A DNA stretch of 64,000 nt, from positions 22,196,001 to 22,260,000 of the forward strand of contig NC_058379.1 in the NCBI RefSeq assembly GCF_018350175.1, given 5' to 3'. This DNA comes from Felis catus (lineage: Eukaryota). The notes under the pieces were generated by a model. It had not been told where the DNA came from and made no database searches. It was given only the letters and a program-made list of their open reading frames with translations. The position numbers were made by a program, and so were the translations under genes. Shown in pieces: positions 25,101 to 38,138 of this stretch. Position 1 is the stretch's first letter; every line of letters begins with the position of its first letter.

Positions 25101-26836
25101 AAGTCCACAAAAGGGAAATACATAGAGACAGAAAGTATATGAGTGGTTGCTTAGGACTGGGGGGAGATTCAGGGGTGGAGAGATGGGTAAAGGAGTGATA
25201 GCTAAATGGTATGGGGTTTCTTTGGGAGGTAATGAAAATGTTCAAAAATTGACTATGATAGTTGCACATATCGGTGAATATATTAAAAATTATTAAGTTG
25301 TAGACTTTAAATTCATGGTATATGAATCATATCTCAAAGATTAGAACAAGAATAACAACTGCAATACACCAAAAGGCACCAAGTCAAGAAGTTCATAATG
25401 ATGCTTAAAAAATAAGTCATTAGTGACCCTGGAGAGATGCTAGAGGTCCAACTCATTTGTCTGATAACTGATGAATAAAGGAAATCATGGTGCATTTTTC
25501 CTACTGTTTCCATAGTAACTAAACTATTGGGTAACCAAATGGTTAGATGAGGGGAAGTTTCTCTTTATAGAATTATTCTCACTAATAACTACAAAAGGAA
25601 TGATAGAATATTATCATTTTGCAACCTGTACTGAACTAATGGGTCTAGGAATTTGTCCTCAATGACTGCTGGTGTGTATGTGTGTATGTATGTGTGTGTG
25701 TGTGAGAAAGAGAGGGAAGAACTAGACAACACGTGTCCCCTTTTAATATATCTATGAATCATTTTGCCAATATAATTGAAACTTACTCTGAATTTCTATT
25801 CATCAGTTTACAGTAAATAAAGGAGATAGAAGGGTATCATAAACAGCATTATGGAGATGAAATCAGCAAAATCCAGTCTGTGGGAAACTACAGAACAAAT
25901 GACCTAGTTTTTTTCAACCAATAAATTGCAAGAGAAAAATAAAGAGATGGGGAGAACCTATAAATCACAAGAGACTGGGGAACTCCTTCTCCTTTCCCAG
26001 GCTGTGCTCAGCCATGAGCATCAGGGCAGCCAGGCCCTAAGGCAGAGAGGTTTGGCTGGCATAACCAGCAATATCAGCAATACCAAGGTCAAGAAAATTC
26101 ATCCAGTATGACTGGGTGTGAAGGAACAGAGGATATTTGTTCAGCATGGCTGGAAGAGTAGTTTTATATAGGAAACTGAGCAAATAAGTAAATATATTAA
26201 GGATAGTGGGAGCCAGAGCTCTTATTGTTAGATTCTGAAGTTGGAAATATGGAAGGGGAACATGAGGAAAAAAACTGTCTCTATCCACATAGAAAGCCTA
26301 GAAGTAGTGATGTCCCAATGACAATAAGCACACCCAGCACTCAGAATTTGGCTTCTAGATACCACTTTCTACTAAAAGGAACCAGGGCTCATCAGAGAAA
26401 CACACAGTCCAGTACAAGATAAACCAGGGACATTTTGTTGTGCCAAAAGTAAGGAAATGTCCAGAGTGATAGGAAATGTCAAAAGGACACAGGAGCAAAA
26501 GACTCCTCCTATCCAAAGCTGGGACAATTTGAGTATCAGTATAAATGAGAGTTACTGATAATAACTCACTGGATGAGACAGAAATCCATGAGGTCACATT
26601 GATAAAAACAGATGAGCAGACAAATAAATAAAAAGCTCCTCTTTATAGTACAACACCTTCTAATAAATATGCAAAGAATGGTTATAAGAAAAACCACCAA
26701 CTGGCAACCATCAAAATGATAAATTATTTGATTTGGCCAAGAATAACCAAAGTGTACTAAAAACCAGGGGATGTGTTAAAGAACAGGGTTTTACCTAGCT
26801 TCAAAGTGTCTTCCCATAAAAATACATTCTAATTCT

Positions 26837-27030
26837 GGGGTGCCTGGGTAGCTCAGTCAGCTGAACTTCTGACTCTTGATTTTGGCTCAGGTCATGATCC
26901 CACGGTCATGGGATTGAGCCCCATGTCAGGCTCCATGCTGGGCATGGAATCTGTTTAAGATTCTCTCTCTCTCCCCCTCTGTGCCTCTCCCTGCTCACAT
27001 GCTCTCTCTCTCTCTCTCTCTCTAAAAATA
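26837..27030 (+). mobile_element. CanSINE
   Basis: tRNA-like head, (CT)n, A tail, TSD AAAATACATT(C/T)TAATT. Confidence 0.85.
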
Positions 27031-27039
27031 TAATACATC

Positions 27040-27260
27040 TTTTAAAAATACATTTTAATTTAATTCTAATGAATTACACATTATTATATCAATTATATTC
27101 TCATTTCATTCTAACTAATCATCCCAATTAACTAAACTATAATTTAATTATAATAAATTACTTATTGATTCTAATTGTTTATAATTCCAACCATTTATTA
27201 ATTCTAATTAATTAGTTCTTAGTTCTGATTAATTACTTATTAATCAATAATTATAAGTTA
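27040..27260. repeat. AT-rich low-complexity tract (TAATT-like units)
   Basis: Read directly from the sequence; follows the SINE at 26837-27030. Confidence 0.75.
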
Positions 27261-28189
27261 GCTTTACAGCAGAGAAATCTGGCAAACACCATCCTAACCA
27301 AATGATAAAAGTTACATCACTAGTAGTAGGACAATCAACATCATGTGCCTCTTGATATGGTGCACTGTGAAGGACACAGTAGTGTATCCTGTTGTGTTCC
27401 AAAACAAATCAGGCCCTGAATCTAAACATAAGGGAACACTGGGCAATTCCAAACTGAGGCACATTCTACAAGGTAACTGGCATATATTTATCAAAAATGT
27501 TCATGTCATGAAAGACAAGAAAAAATGGAGGAACTAGTCCACACTGAAACTCAAGTGACAAGACAAGACAACCAAATGCAATCGATGATCCTGGATTGGC
27601 TCTTGTACCTCTAAAGGACATTATTGGGACAAATGGCAAAATATGGATGGGGTCCATGGATTAGATGGTAGCATTGTATCAATGTTTACACTGTGAATAT
27701 AGGAGAATGCCCTTATATTAAGGAATATACACTGAAGTATTAAGTGATAATAGGTATCATGTCTGGAACTTACTTTTAAATGCTTAAGAAATATTATATA
27801 TAAATATAACATAGAAAATGATAAGGTAAATGGAGTATAGCAACAATTGGGGGTTCTCAGGGATGAGTACATAGGAGTTCTCTGTGTTATTATTGAAACT
27901 TCCTGCTAAGTTTGAAATTATTTCAAAACAAAAAATTTATTTAAAAAATCTGGTGAGAAATATCAACAATTGCAATAAATGGACCTTATTTGGATCCTGA
28001 TTTCTAGAAACTGTAAAAAATGTTTTTAAGTCAATGGGGAAATTTTAATATTGACTGAATATTTGATAACATTAAGGAATCATTGTTAAACTTTTGGGCT
28101 TGTTAATGCCATTTTGATTACGTTTTTTTAAAAAACCTGCTATCTCTATAGAGAAACTGAAATATTTGCAAATATTTATTATTAAAATT

Positions 28190-29575
28190 ATTTTTAATGC
28201 TTATTTATTTATTTTTGATAGAGAGAATGCACACGCTTTGGGGAGGGGCAGAAAGGGAGGGGGGGACAGAGGATCAGAAGCAGGCTCTGTCTGTGCTGAC
28301 AGCAGAGAGGCCAATGTTTGAACTCACAAACCTGTGAGATCATGACCTGAGCCAAGATCAAGAGATGGATACTTAACCAACTGAGCCACCCAGGCGCCCC
28401 TCTTTATTTATTTTTAAGCAAATTCTACACCCAACATGGGGCCCCTTATTAAAGTTATTTTTAATTTAAATCATTTTTAACTTAAATCATTTTTAAACTT
28501 AGTCATTAAAATTGGATTAAAGGTATCTTGGATCTGCTTCAAATTAAGTGAGGGTGGGGAGACGATAGACTGATCCAAAAGTAAGACTTGCTCACAGTGA
28601 GTGATGGGGACATGGGGCTCATCATACCTACATCTCTACTTGTATGTGTTTGAAATTCCCCATAGTAAAAAATAAAATCCATTTGAAATCCATTGCATTG
28701 GGTGCCTGAGTGGCTCAGTCGGTTAAGCATCCAACTTCAGCTCAGGTCATGATCTCACAGTTCGTGAGTTCGAGTCCTGTGTCAGGCTCTGTGCTGACAG
28801 CTCAGAGCCTGGAGCCTGGTTTGGATTCTGTGTCTCCCTCTCTCTCACTGCCCTTCTTCTGCTCATGCGCTCTCTCTCTCTCTCTCTCTCTCTTAAAAAT
28901 AAACATTAAAAAAATTTTTTTAGTTAAAAAAAAAAGCGATCCATTGCATTTTAAATTCTTCGCTGTGTCGGGGCGCCTGGGTGGCCCAGTCGGTTAAGTG
29001 TCTGACTTTGGCTCACGTCATGATCTTGCAGTTGTGAGTTAAAGCCCCATGTCAGGCTCTGTGCTGACAGCTCGGAGCCTGGAGCCTGCTTTCGGATTCT
29101 GCATCTCCCTCTCTCTCTGTTCCTCCCCTACTCTCACTCTGTCTCTCTCTCTCTCTCTCAAAAAAAAGATTAAAAAAAAATTTAAATTCTTCCCCGTGTG
29201 TAATGGCAACCAACAGCAGTGCTGAACTGTTTTTTTAAAGGACTTTTATTTATTTACTTACTTACTTATTTTTAAAGTTTACTTATTTATTCTGAGAAAG
29301 AGGAGAGAGAGCATGTGCAGGGGAGGGACAGAGAGGGAGAAAGAGAATCCCAAGCAGGCTCTAGGCTGACAGTGCATAGCCCAATGCAGGGCTTGAACTC
29401 ATGAACCCCTGAGATCATGACCTGAGCCAAGATCAAGTCAGATGCTTAACTGACTGAGCCACCCAGGCATCCCTATTTATTTATTTTTTAGTAAACTCTA
29501 CACCCAACATGGGGCTTGAACTCACAGCCCTGAGATCAGTCATATGCTCCACCAACTGAGGCAGCCAGGCACCCC
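28190..29575. mobile_element. Cluster of five CanSINEs: 28190-28400(-), 28700-28935(+), 28970-29180(+), 29243-29473(-), 29475-29575(-)
   Basis: Each has the GGGGCGCCTGGGTGGCTCAG-type head; TSDs such as ATCCATTGCATT and TAAATTCTTC. Confidence 0.9.
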
Positions 29576-30889
29576 TGGGCTGAACTACTTTAATGATGAA
29601 GGGGACCTCTTGAGTCCCAGTGAGCCTGGCACAGGAATGAGCTGTGCACTGAGTGTCTCAGGAGGAGATAAAAGATGACAGGTCCCCAGGGCAAAGGGAT
29701 GGATCTATTTCAAGACCTAGTCATGGGTACAGAACAATTCAGGATAGTTGAACAGATTTGTTTTTTTAAATCATCGCACAATCTCTGTAGCTGCAGCCAC
29801 AATCTACAGAATGTTCTAGCAACCTAGATTCTTCCTTTTACAAGTGACCTGTTAGCTTAAAATTTCAGCAACACTAAACATATCCCCCTACCAAATACTA
29901 CACTAAACAAAGAAGGTTCTAAAAAAGAAAATCAGCTAGCAAGCTAAGCAAAAGACTAGAACACTACAAATTAGAAGTCAATTAAGGAAACACTTAGATT
30001 GAATTTTAACACACCAAAACCAATTACATTTAAATGCACAGATTACAATATAAACTTACAGATCTGATGGTGAGACACATAATTTATTCAGGAATTCTAT
30101 TCCTTCCTTTCATGGCCTCCAGTATTATGAACACTGATATTAATATTAGGTGGAATAATCTTATGTGAAAGTGACTTCCACTGAGCTTCAAGTGAAGCAG
30201 AAATAGCAGCTAAACTCCAATCAAAACATGACAGCAGCCTGCAAAACTGAAGGTCTCACACCACAGGCAGCCACAGATTTCCCAAACAGAGACTGTGTTT
30301 AAAACAACTCTCACCCCCACTTGTCATGTTCACTGTTTCATTCAGTCAGTGTGGCAGGCCAGGCAGTAGGTTCAGACCATTGAAAAAAACAGCACAGGTC
30401 CAGGCCTCCATGGGGTGGTGGCTCTCCTGGGCCCCCAGAGAATCCAACAAGAGCGAATGACCTTCTGTCTCTCCTCCACCATTTGGACTGAATGAGGGAA
30501 GGGCCCTGTCAGCAGAGAGGGGTCTTCCTATGAACACGTTTCTGAACTCCAGAAGGATAGTACACAGCATGGCTACACCCAAAAGAGCCCTCAAATATGT
30601 CTTCTCATCCTCTGGCAAATCTAGCTCTGCTTTCCTTGATTGTACATGTTAAACAGGAGTGTGAGGTTAAACAGGAGATTTTCGCTAGTTAAGCATTTAC
30701 TACTAGCAAAATCCTTACATTCAAAACATCTCTTTCACTTCTGAAAGAGTTTACCAAGTACTTCCTCATGGTTTGTTTTGAACAGTCAAGTTGGGCTGTT
30801 TATAGATCACAAAAGTGGGGGCCACAGAGGTTTGGAGACTTTCTCCCACATTGGCAGGGACGATTGTGTAACTAACAGGCTACTGTGGA

Positions 30890-31260
30890 AATTACATGGT
30901 CAAAAAGGCTTTAAAAATTGTGATTTCTGTTTGCTCTCTCCTGGATCACTCTCTCTGGAAAAAGCCAGCTGCCATGCTGTGAGGACACTCAAATAGCTCT
31001 TTGGAGAGGTCCAAAGAGAGAGGCACCGAGGCCAGCATCACTTTGCAAGGCACATGAGTGAGCCATCTTGAAAGTGGAGCCTCCAGCCCCAGTCAAGCCT
31101 TCAAGTGAGTGCAGCTCTCATGAGACATCCCAAGCCAGAATCACCCCAACTAACCGCCCACTCAGGAATTCTAGACCCACAGAAACTGTGAGATAATGTT
31201 AATTGTTGTTTTAAGCCACTAAATTTTAGGATGATTTGTTATGCAGCAAGAAAGAATACA
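30890..31260 (+). mobile_element. MaLR LTR (MLT1F-like)
   Basis: gccagctgccatgctgtgaggacactcaa, ccagccccagtcaagccttca, cacagaaactgtgagataa, ttgttttaagccactaaatttt. Confidence 0.75.
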
Positions 31261-32093
31261 CAGGAACACAGAGCCAGCATCTCTGAGGATGAAGAATATG
31301 GCTGCATGGAATGGATAAGTCCATCCCTGTGGGACAGAGAAACATTCCATTGAGCATGGATGTTGCCTGGAAACCCATCTCAGATCAACAGAGGGAGAAC
31401 TTTCTAACAGTCCAAGTTATCAGGAATACCAGCTTGTCTTGGGAGATAGGTCTGTTCTCTGTCACCACAGAGGTTTGCTCAGAGGCTGGTGCTCATGGGG
31501 CAGATATGCCATAGGAAGAAGTCAATGAACAGAGAGATGGTTAGATTGGATGACTTCTAAGTTCCTTTCCTACCAAAGATTCTTCCACTGCCACACCATG
31601 CAGGGACCTGGAGAAACTTGCTCACCAGCTTCCTAGGCACCAATGACATGCCCGTACAATGTGTGTCTGGCTAACAGTTTCTGAAAACTGATTCTTTCTG
31701 GGAGGAAGCAGACAACACATGATCTACTGGTCCTGCCTTCAAACAGCTGTACATGCACATGAGCGGCATATTGCCACCAAGTACAATCTAGGGCTGACAG
31801 GGGAAGGGAGGCAGGAGGGCTTCAGCCCGAAGTCATTAATGTCTAAAAGGTTGCAAAGGCAGGGCACATTGTGAGGCACTCAGGTAAATGCAAGTGACAG
31901 AGAAAACACTATGGAAATCTGCTCAGGGGTTAAGAATGCCCTAATCACATCTCCTGAAGGCAATGACTCAGTAAACTGGCAGGCAAAATAAATTCAAACT
32001 TAGAACTGCAGGACTCAGAAGGAAATTACTTCTGTGCCTGCATCTGGCAAAATAATTTCATTTTCTAAAAATGGAAAATTCAAGGAAAATGTC

Positions 32094-32108
32094 TTTTTTT
32101 ATGTTTGT

Positions 32109-32143
<35 letters not shown>

Positions 32144-32314
32144 TTGAGAGACAGAGCATGAGCAGGGGAGGGGCAGAGAGAGAGGGAGTTACAGAATCCG
32201 AAGCAGGCTCCAGGCTCTGAGCTGTCAGCACAGCAGGACTCAAACTCACCAGCCGTGAGATCATGACCTGAGCTGAAGTCGGACGCTTAACCGACTGAGC
32301 CACCCAGGTGCCCC
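32094..32314 (-). mobile_element. CanSINE with (TTTA)n tail
   Basis: Full SINE; TSD AAGGAA(AA/GG)TGTCTTT. Confidence 0.9.
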
Positions 32315-32689
32315 AAGGAAGGTGTCTTTCTTGTCACAGCATGTGAACAATGTAGCAAAAGGTGGTACCCTCCCACACTCAGCCTGCTTGCAAGTCTCCC
32401 CAAACTGGGAACAGGAACACACCATTAGCCCATCTGTGGCTCAGCAAAACCAGCCCCAGCTCCAGCTGCCTGGACTCTGATCTCTAAGCCACTAAGTCAA
32501 TAGACATTTCCATGCCATGCCCAGATCATCTTTGATATTTCATATCTCTTCCAACTTCTTTTAATCAGCTCCCCATCAAATTATCAGGAAGCTGGGGCTA
32601 AAAGGAACCCCATAGGTCTCCCAGTCCAGCCCCTTTATTTTACAGATGATTAGTGGGATCATTGGAAGGAAGGTTAGAGGCTGGGATAG

Positions 32690-33105
32690 ACTGAAGTATT
32701 TTCCCCAATTCCTAATGTCCTTCATGAATTACAATTACATGTCCACACCCTTTGTCATTGGACTTTGGAGGATCACTCACTACAGTGGGGAGTGGGTACC
32801 CACTGGCCCCACTGATATTGGAAGAGGCCATATGCCTTGATTCAGCCAACAGAATGTGGACCAGAGTAAAGGTGTGCGGGCTCGAGCCAGGGTGCTTCCT
32901 TTCCTGCTCGGCCTCCTACACTTCTACCATCATGGGGAGAAGACTGACTCTGCTAGCCTACTTGTTCAAAGCAGAGGAGTGTCCCAGGTGCTGCTGCTGG
33001 AGGCAGAGCTGCCCCAGCCACCTGCAGACGTGCAAACAAGAATAAACCCCCCTTGCTTTAAACCTCTGAATTTTGGGGTGATTTATTTTGGGGCTGCCTG
33101 ATCCA
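32690..33105 (+). mobile_element. MaLR LTR (MLT1I/J-like)
   Basis: gcagagctgccccagcc...cctgcagac, aataaa, tttaaacctctgaattttggggtgattt. Confidence 0.6.
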
Positions 33106-33172
33106 GGAGTACAAGTGAGATGAGGACCCAGTTCTAACTCTCATCTCCCCTCTCCCCTTTAAGAATACACAT

Positions 33173-33392
33173 GGGGTGCCTGGGTGGCTCAGTCGGTTAA
33201 GCATCCGACTTTGGCTCAGGTCATGATCTCACAGTTTGTGAGTTCAAGCCCCCCATCAGGCTCTGTGCTGACAGCTCAGAGCCTAGAGCCTGCTTTGTGG
33301 ATTCTGTCTCCTGCTCTCTCTGCCTCTCCCCTGCTCGTACTCTGCCTCTCTCTCTCAAAAATAAATAAAACATTTAAAAAATTAAAAAAAAA
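33173..33392 (+). mobile_element. CanSINE
   Basis: Full SINE; TSD AAGA(A/G)TACACA. Confidence 0.9.
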
Positions 33393-33789
33393 GAGTACAC
33401 AGAGCCCATTGTCACTGTGGTATGACAGTAGAGGAAGAAACCAGAAGATGATCTTGGAGAGGCAGAGACGAGGCTGGTCCTAAGAATAAGCAGTGGTTGT
33501 ATGTATTTGGGATGCTTAGAAGATGAAAAAGGAGTCTCTTGTGCCAAAATGCAGATACCTGTCAGCAATCTTTGTCAGCAACCTAACTGAGTGCTTTTGA
33601 TTTCAACACACTTTCTCTTATGCTATCACAATCATTTTTTTTTTGCAAGTGGGGGGCTTAGTAGCTGGTTACAGAAACCTAGAGATGTGGGAAGGGAACT
33701 TAGATGTCTGTTTTCTTGGATAAACTTCCCACAGTCCCAGACAACGGAGCTGCAGGTGGACCCTGCAATGGCACAATGTCCTATCCAAT

Positions 33790-34745
33790 AAGTATACATG
33801 TTTTCCAAATAGGTTTGATTTTCATCCTTGCATATATGGTGCCAAGGGTACTAAGACCACTCAATGGGGAAAGGACATCTTCAGCCAATGGTTCTAGGAA
33901 AACTGAATGTCTACATGCAAAAGAATGAAATTGGAGCTTTGACTGACTCCAGGGTTGGGACAAGACAAGTGCAAGAAGAGCCTGGAACATGTTTTCAAGC
34001 TAGACACAGGAAACTCTTAATCCCATCAGAGTCCTATCCAAAGGACTCCAGAACCAACTGAAGAGGCCCCCCTGAGGGCAAAGACAGGGCAGGACAATAG
34101 AAACATCATTAAGTGCAATACAACAGTGGGCTGACACACGGCAAACATGTTTGTATCCATGAGATGATAGTGGTTTTGCGAAAACAAACCAAACAGATTG
34201 GTCACCATTAGAAGGTAAGAACCAACTCATGATTTTGAAATCTTGTGATTAAAGGGAAGAACACATTACCTCCTGGATCAAGTTTCTAGATCCATCTGCT
34301 GAATTAAAGAACTACAGAGGACACAGGAACTTGTTAACTGACACCAAGAGAATTCAATCAGCAAAACCCAGACTGTGTGAAATTCTATGGGTGGACGTCA
34401 TTTTGGTCCTTGTACAAAAAAATGTATCAAAAAACCATTCACAACATTTGAGACAATTAAAACTGTGGACACTGGATATTTGGTGATAATCAGGAATTAT
34501 TATTTTTAGTGTAACAATGGTATTGCAGATAAGTTCTTAAAAATCCTTATCCTTTAGAGAGATATACTGAAACATTTACAGGTGAAATGTGATATTTGTG
34601 ATTCACTTTGAAACGGTATTGGCAGGAGACTGAGATGAAATAAGATTGGCCAGAAACTTAGTAATTGCTAAAACTGGGTAATGGGTGCATGGGGGTTTAT
34701 TACACTATTGTCTACTAGTGCATATGTTTAAACTTCTTCACCAAA
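33790..34745 (+). mobile_element. Old L1MC-type fragments
   Basis: ORF2-end phrase (caatggggaaaggacatcttcagccaatggttctaggaaaactgaat) and L1MC 3' UTR phrases. Confidence 0.55.
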
Positions 34746-34746
34746 G

Positions 34747-35769
34747 TTTTATTTATTTTTTTAATGTTTACTCATTTATTTTGAGAGAGAGAGAGAGTAC
34801 ACAAGCAGGGGAGGGGCAGAGAAAGAGGGAGAGAATCCCAAGCAGGCTCTGCACTGTCAGCACAGAGCCTGACATGGGTCTCTATCCCATCAACCATGAG
34901 ATCATGACCTGAGCCAAAATCAAGAGTCCAACACTTAACTCACTGAGTCATCCAGACACCCCCCTCCAAAGAATTTTAAAAATTTTTTTAATGTTTTATT
35001 TATTCTTGAGAGAGAGAGACAGACAGAGCACGAGCAGAGGAGGGGCAGAGTGAGAGAGGGACACAGAATCTGAAGCAGGCTCCAGGCTCTGAGCTGTCAG
35101 CACAGAGCCCAGCCTGGGGCTTGAACTCACAAGCCGTGAGATCATGACCTGAACCAAAGTCAGATGCTTTACTGACTGAGCCACCCAGGCGCCCCAATTA
35201 AATACAAGCGAGTACAATGAATTTTCAATAATGTCACATATCCTTGGTTCACAATAAGCCTCAGAAAAGGAGCGAAAATCTGAGCGATGTATAGCCTCTG
35301 TGGTCACTCCGTTTCTCCTGGCAATTCAGTGATGTCCCCTGGGCTATTGCAATAGCNNNNNNNNNNNNNNNNNNNNNNNNNNNNNNNNNNNNNNNNNNNN
35401 NNNNNNNNNNNNNNNNNNNNNNNNNNNNNNNNNNNNNNNNNNNNNNNNNNNNNNNNNNNNNNNNNNNNNNNNNNNNNNNNNNNNNNNNNNACTAAGTAGA
35501 AGACACTATGCCTGGGGCGCCTGGGTGGCTCAGTCAGTTAAGCGTCCGACTTCAGCTCAGGTCATGATCTTGTGGTCCGTGAGTTCAAGCCCCGCGTTGG
35601 GCTCTGGGCTGATGGCTCAGAGCCTGGAGCCTGCTTCCGATTCTGTGTCTCCCTCTCTCTCTGCCCCTCCCCCATTTGTGCTCTCTCTCTGTCTCAAAAA
35701 TAAATAAACATTAAAAAAAATTTTTTTAAATAAAAATAAAAAAATATAAAAAAATAAAAAAAAAAAAAA
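34747..35769. mobile_element. CanSINEs: 34747-34963(-), 34983-35195(-), 35514-35769(+)
   Basis: Heads and tails visible; the last has TSD AGAAGACACTATGCC. Confidence 0.9.
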
Positions 35770-37535
35770 GAAGACACTATGCCCAGAACCCCAGGGAACA
35801 CTACAGTGAGAAAACACAGCCCCAGGCTATGGAGGGGAGGAGCCAGGTATTAATCTTATAGAGGGAGATAAACCAAAATCCTGCTAATAGGGGTGCACAG
35901 CCAAATGATATAATACAAAACAAAAGAGCATCAGAGGAAGAATGGTTCTGCCAGCCCAGCTCGTCACAGGGGAATCCAGGCAGGTTCATCCTGAGATGCC
36001 TTGGAATTAAGACTGTCAGTTAGGATGTCTATAGCAATGAAGAGGGGATGAAGGGATGGCCAGTATAGAGATTTGAATAGGATACTGCAGGTCATGTGGT
36101 TTGCAGAGGAGAAATAAGGCAAATTAGATAGAAGAAGGGTCAAGGCCAGGGGATTGAGAGAGAGGGAGGGGGAGAAAGGGAAGGGGCACTCAGCTGGGAA
36201 GGACAATGAATGGTGAGCCCAGGAAAGTCACACACTATATTTCAGGAAGACAGTACCTACTGCTGCTTCAGAACAACACAATCTGGCAGTTTTCTATGCA
36301 AGCTCAGCAATGCCATATGCCCTCTTCTTGGTTTAGGCAATGGCCCAACAAAGCAGATCAAATGGTATGAGTCAAGATTGTTAAATCAGCCTTCAATGCG
36401 CAGAGCTGTGGCTGAGCATGTGATGAGGTGTCAAGAGGAGTGAAGCTTAGTGATCAGAACTCTTAAAAACGGAAACAGACGCAGGAAGTAGTCCCATATA
36501 AAAGAAAAAAAAAACATACAACAACCAGCATGACCCTGAAACTCACTGACAGTTTGCTTCATGTGTGTGATTATGAAAGGAGCCTCTTAAAGCCACATCT
36601 CTGTGTGGTGACACCTGGTATGTGTGATTCACCACACATCAAGCTGCCAATTTCAATTTTGTTCAGGGTGTTTCTTACCATCTCCTACTCCTTGTATGTG
36701 AGTTTACAGTATAGTGTACTTCTCTCCCCCTAGGACAAGCAGACATTGATCCTAGTTAAGGAACCTCACACCCTTTCCACAGACTTGTCTTTCTTTGCTG
36801 ACATAGTTTATGAACTATACCCCAGAAGACTACAGAGGCATGAAAGCTGCATGCTTGGATACCCAACTTCCTGGGAGCTCCCCCACAACACTGTGTCTGA
36901 ACTGCTGGCCTTTTACTTAATGGCCAGGATGGGTATGGATTCCCCTCCTCCCCTTCCTCCTCCACCCAGTGGTTTGATGGTGGTATGCATGTCTATCTCC
37001 CACACTGCCTTATAGATCGTTGGCCCTCAATAAAAGATACAACCAGAGCTGGTGTATGCTTACTGTTGCAAATGTTCCAGACTGCTCATCAGGCCCCAAT
37101 CTTGGATTAACAGACCCTTCCCGAAGAAGGCACAAGGGTCAGTAGCAGCTGAAGAACTCACACGAGACATTCCATCAAAGGCACAAAAGTACTTGCAGAG
37201 GAAGGAAGTCCATGTAGCAAGTATACCCTAGACATATGCAAAATCCAAGTCACCAAAGGGTACTGGGGAAGGTCTAGATTACAAAAGTGTCTTTGAAATG
37301 ATAAAGGGACAACCAAGTGACCAGAACTCCATAGAGAAGGCCCTCAGACATACAGAGCAGCAGGCCACACCCATACCCTGCACGACTGGCACATGCTTTC
37401 TCTGATAGAAAATAAGAAGCCACTCTGCCACTCAAAGCCAAAGGTAAGCACTTACTCTCCTTGAACCAGAGCAAGTGTTGGCCCTTACCCCTGCCTGACA
37501 TCACTGAAGTCTGCAAGGAGGAAGGAAGTCAGAGC

Positions 37536-38074
37536 TGTGCAGAAAAGAATTACCATGGCTGGCCTGAGACCACTTACCCTTTGAAAGGCCTGCACCTGAG
37601 ATTTGCCCTTGGCCAGCATCTGGGAACCTGGATTTGGGGAAGTCTCCCCCCATTCACTAACTGCTAAAGGTGGCTCATTGTGCCTAAACTACTTGTACAA
37701 AACTGTGGTCTCTGCTGAATACCTTCTTTCCTTCTGGGAGTCTGGACTTTGGGTATATGCCAGGCAGAGGGTACCCATGTGGTCAGCCCCCAGTAAAAAC
37801 CATAGCCACTGAGTCTCTAATGAGTTTCTCTGGCTGGCAACATTTCACATTTCATTGATGGAGGAATTGAGCATGTTCTGTGTGACTCCACTGGGAAAGG
37901 ACTCTCAGAAGCTTGCATCTGGTTTCCCCAGACTTCGCCCCATGCCCTCTCCTTCCTCTTGCTGATGGTGCTTTGCCCCCTTTCACTGTAATAAAGCATA
38001 GCTGTAAGCACAAATAGATGCTGAGTCGTAGGAGTCCTCCTAGCTCCTTATGTAACCTGGAGTTAGTCAACACA
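37536..38074 (+). mobile_element. MER68-like ERV-L solo LTR
   Basis: Starts TGTGCAGAAAAGAATTACCATGGCTGGCCTGAGAC, ends CA, has an internal AATAAA. Near-TSD AGAGC/AGACC. Confidence 0.8.
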
Positions 38075-38117
38075 AGACCACACTAGGGGTCTCCCCAATG
38101 TGAGGTGGTAGAGTTTG

Positions 38118-38138
38118 TGAGCTGTCCCTGGTGCTGTC
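38118..38138 (-). promoter_or_regulatory. RE1/NRSE (REST/NRSF binding site)
   Basis: Minus strand GACAGCACCAGGGACAGCTCA versus consensus TTCAGCACCnnGGACAGCGCC. The CAGCACCnnGGACAGC core is perfect with the canonical 2-nt spacer, and a second right half-site (ATGGACAGCACC) overlaps it. Confidence 0.7.

Larger units (their letters stand above)
23950..28680 (+). mobile_element. Composite of old L1MB/L1MC fragments with SINE insertions
   Basis: ORF1-like peptide in ORF 23964-24215 (SRPTLKEW), an L1MB-type 3' end at about 24770-25340, and L1MC-type 3' UTR phrases at 25400-28680. Confidence 0.65.
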
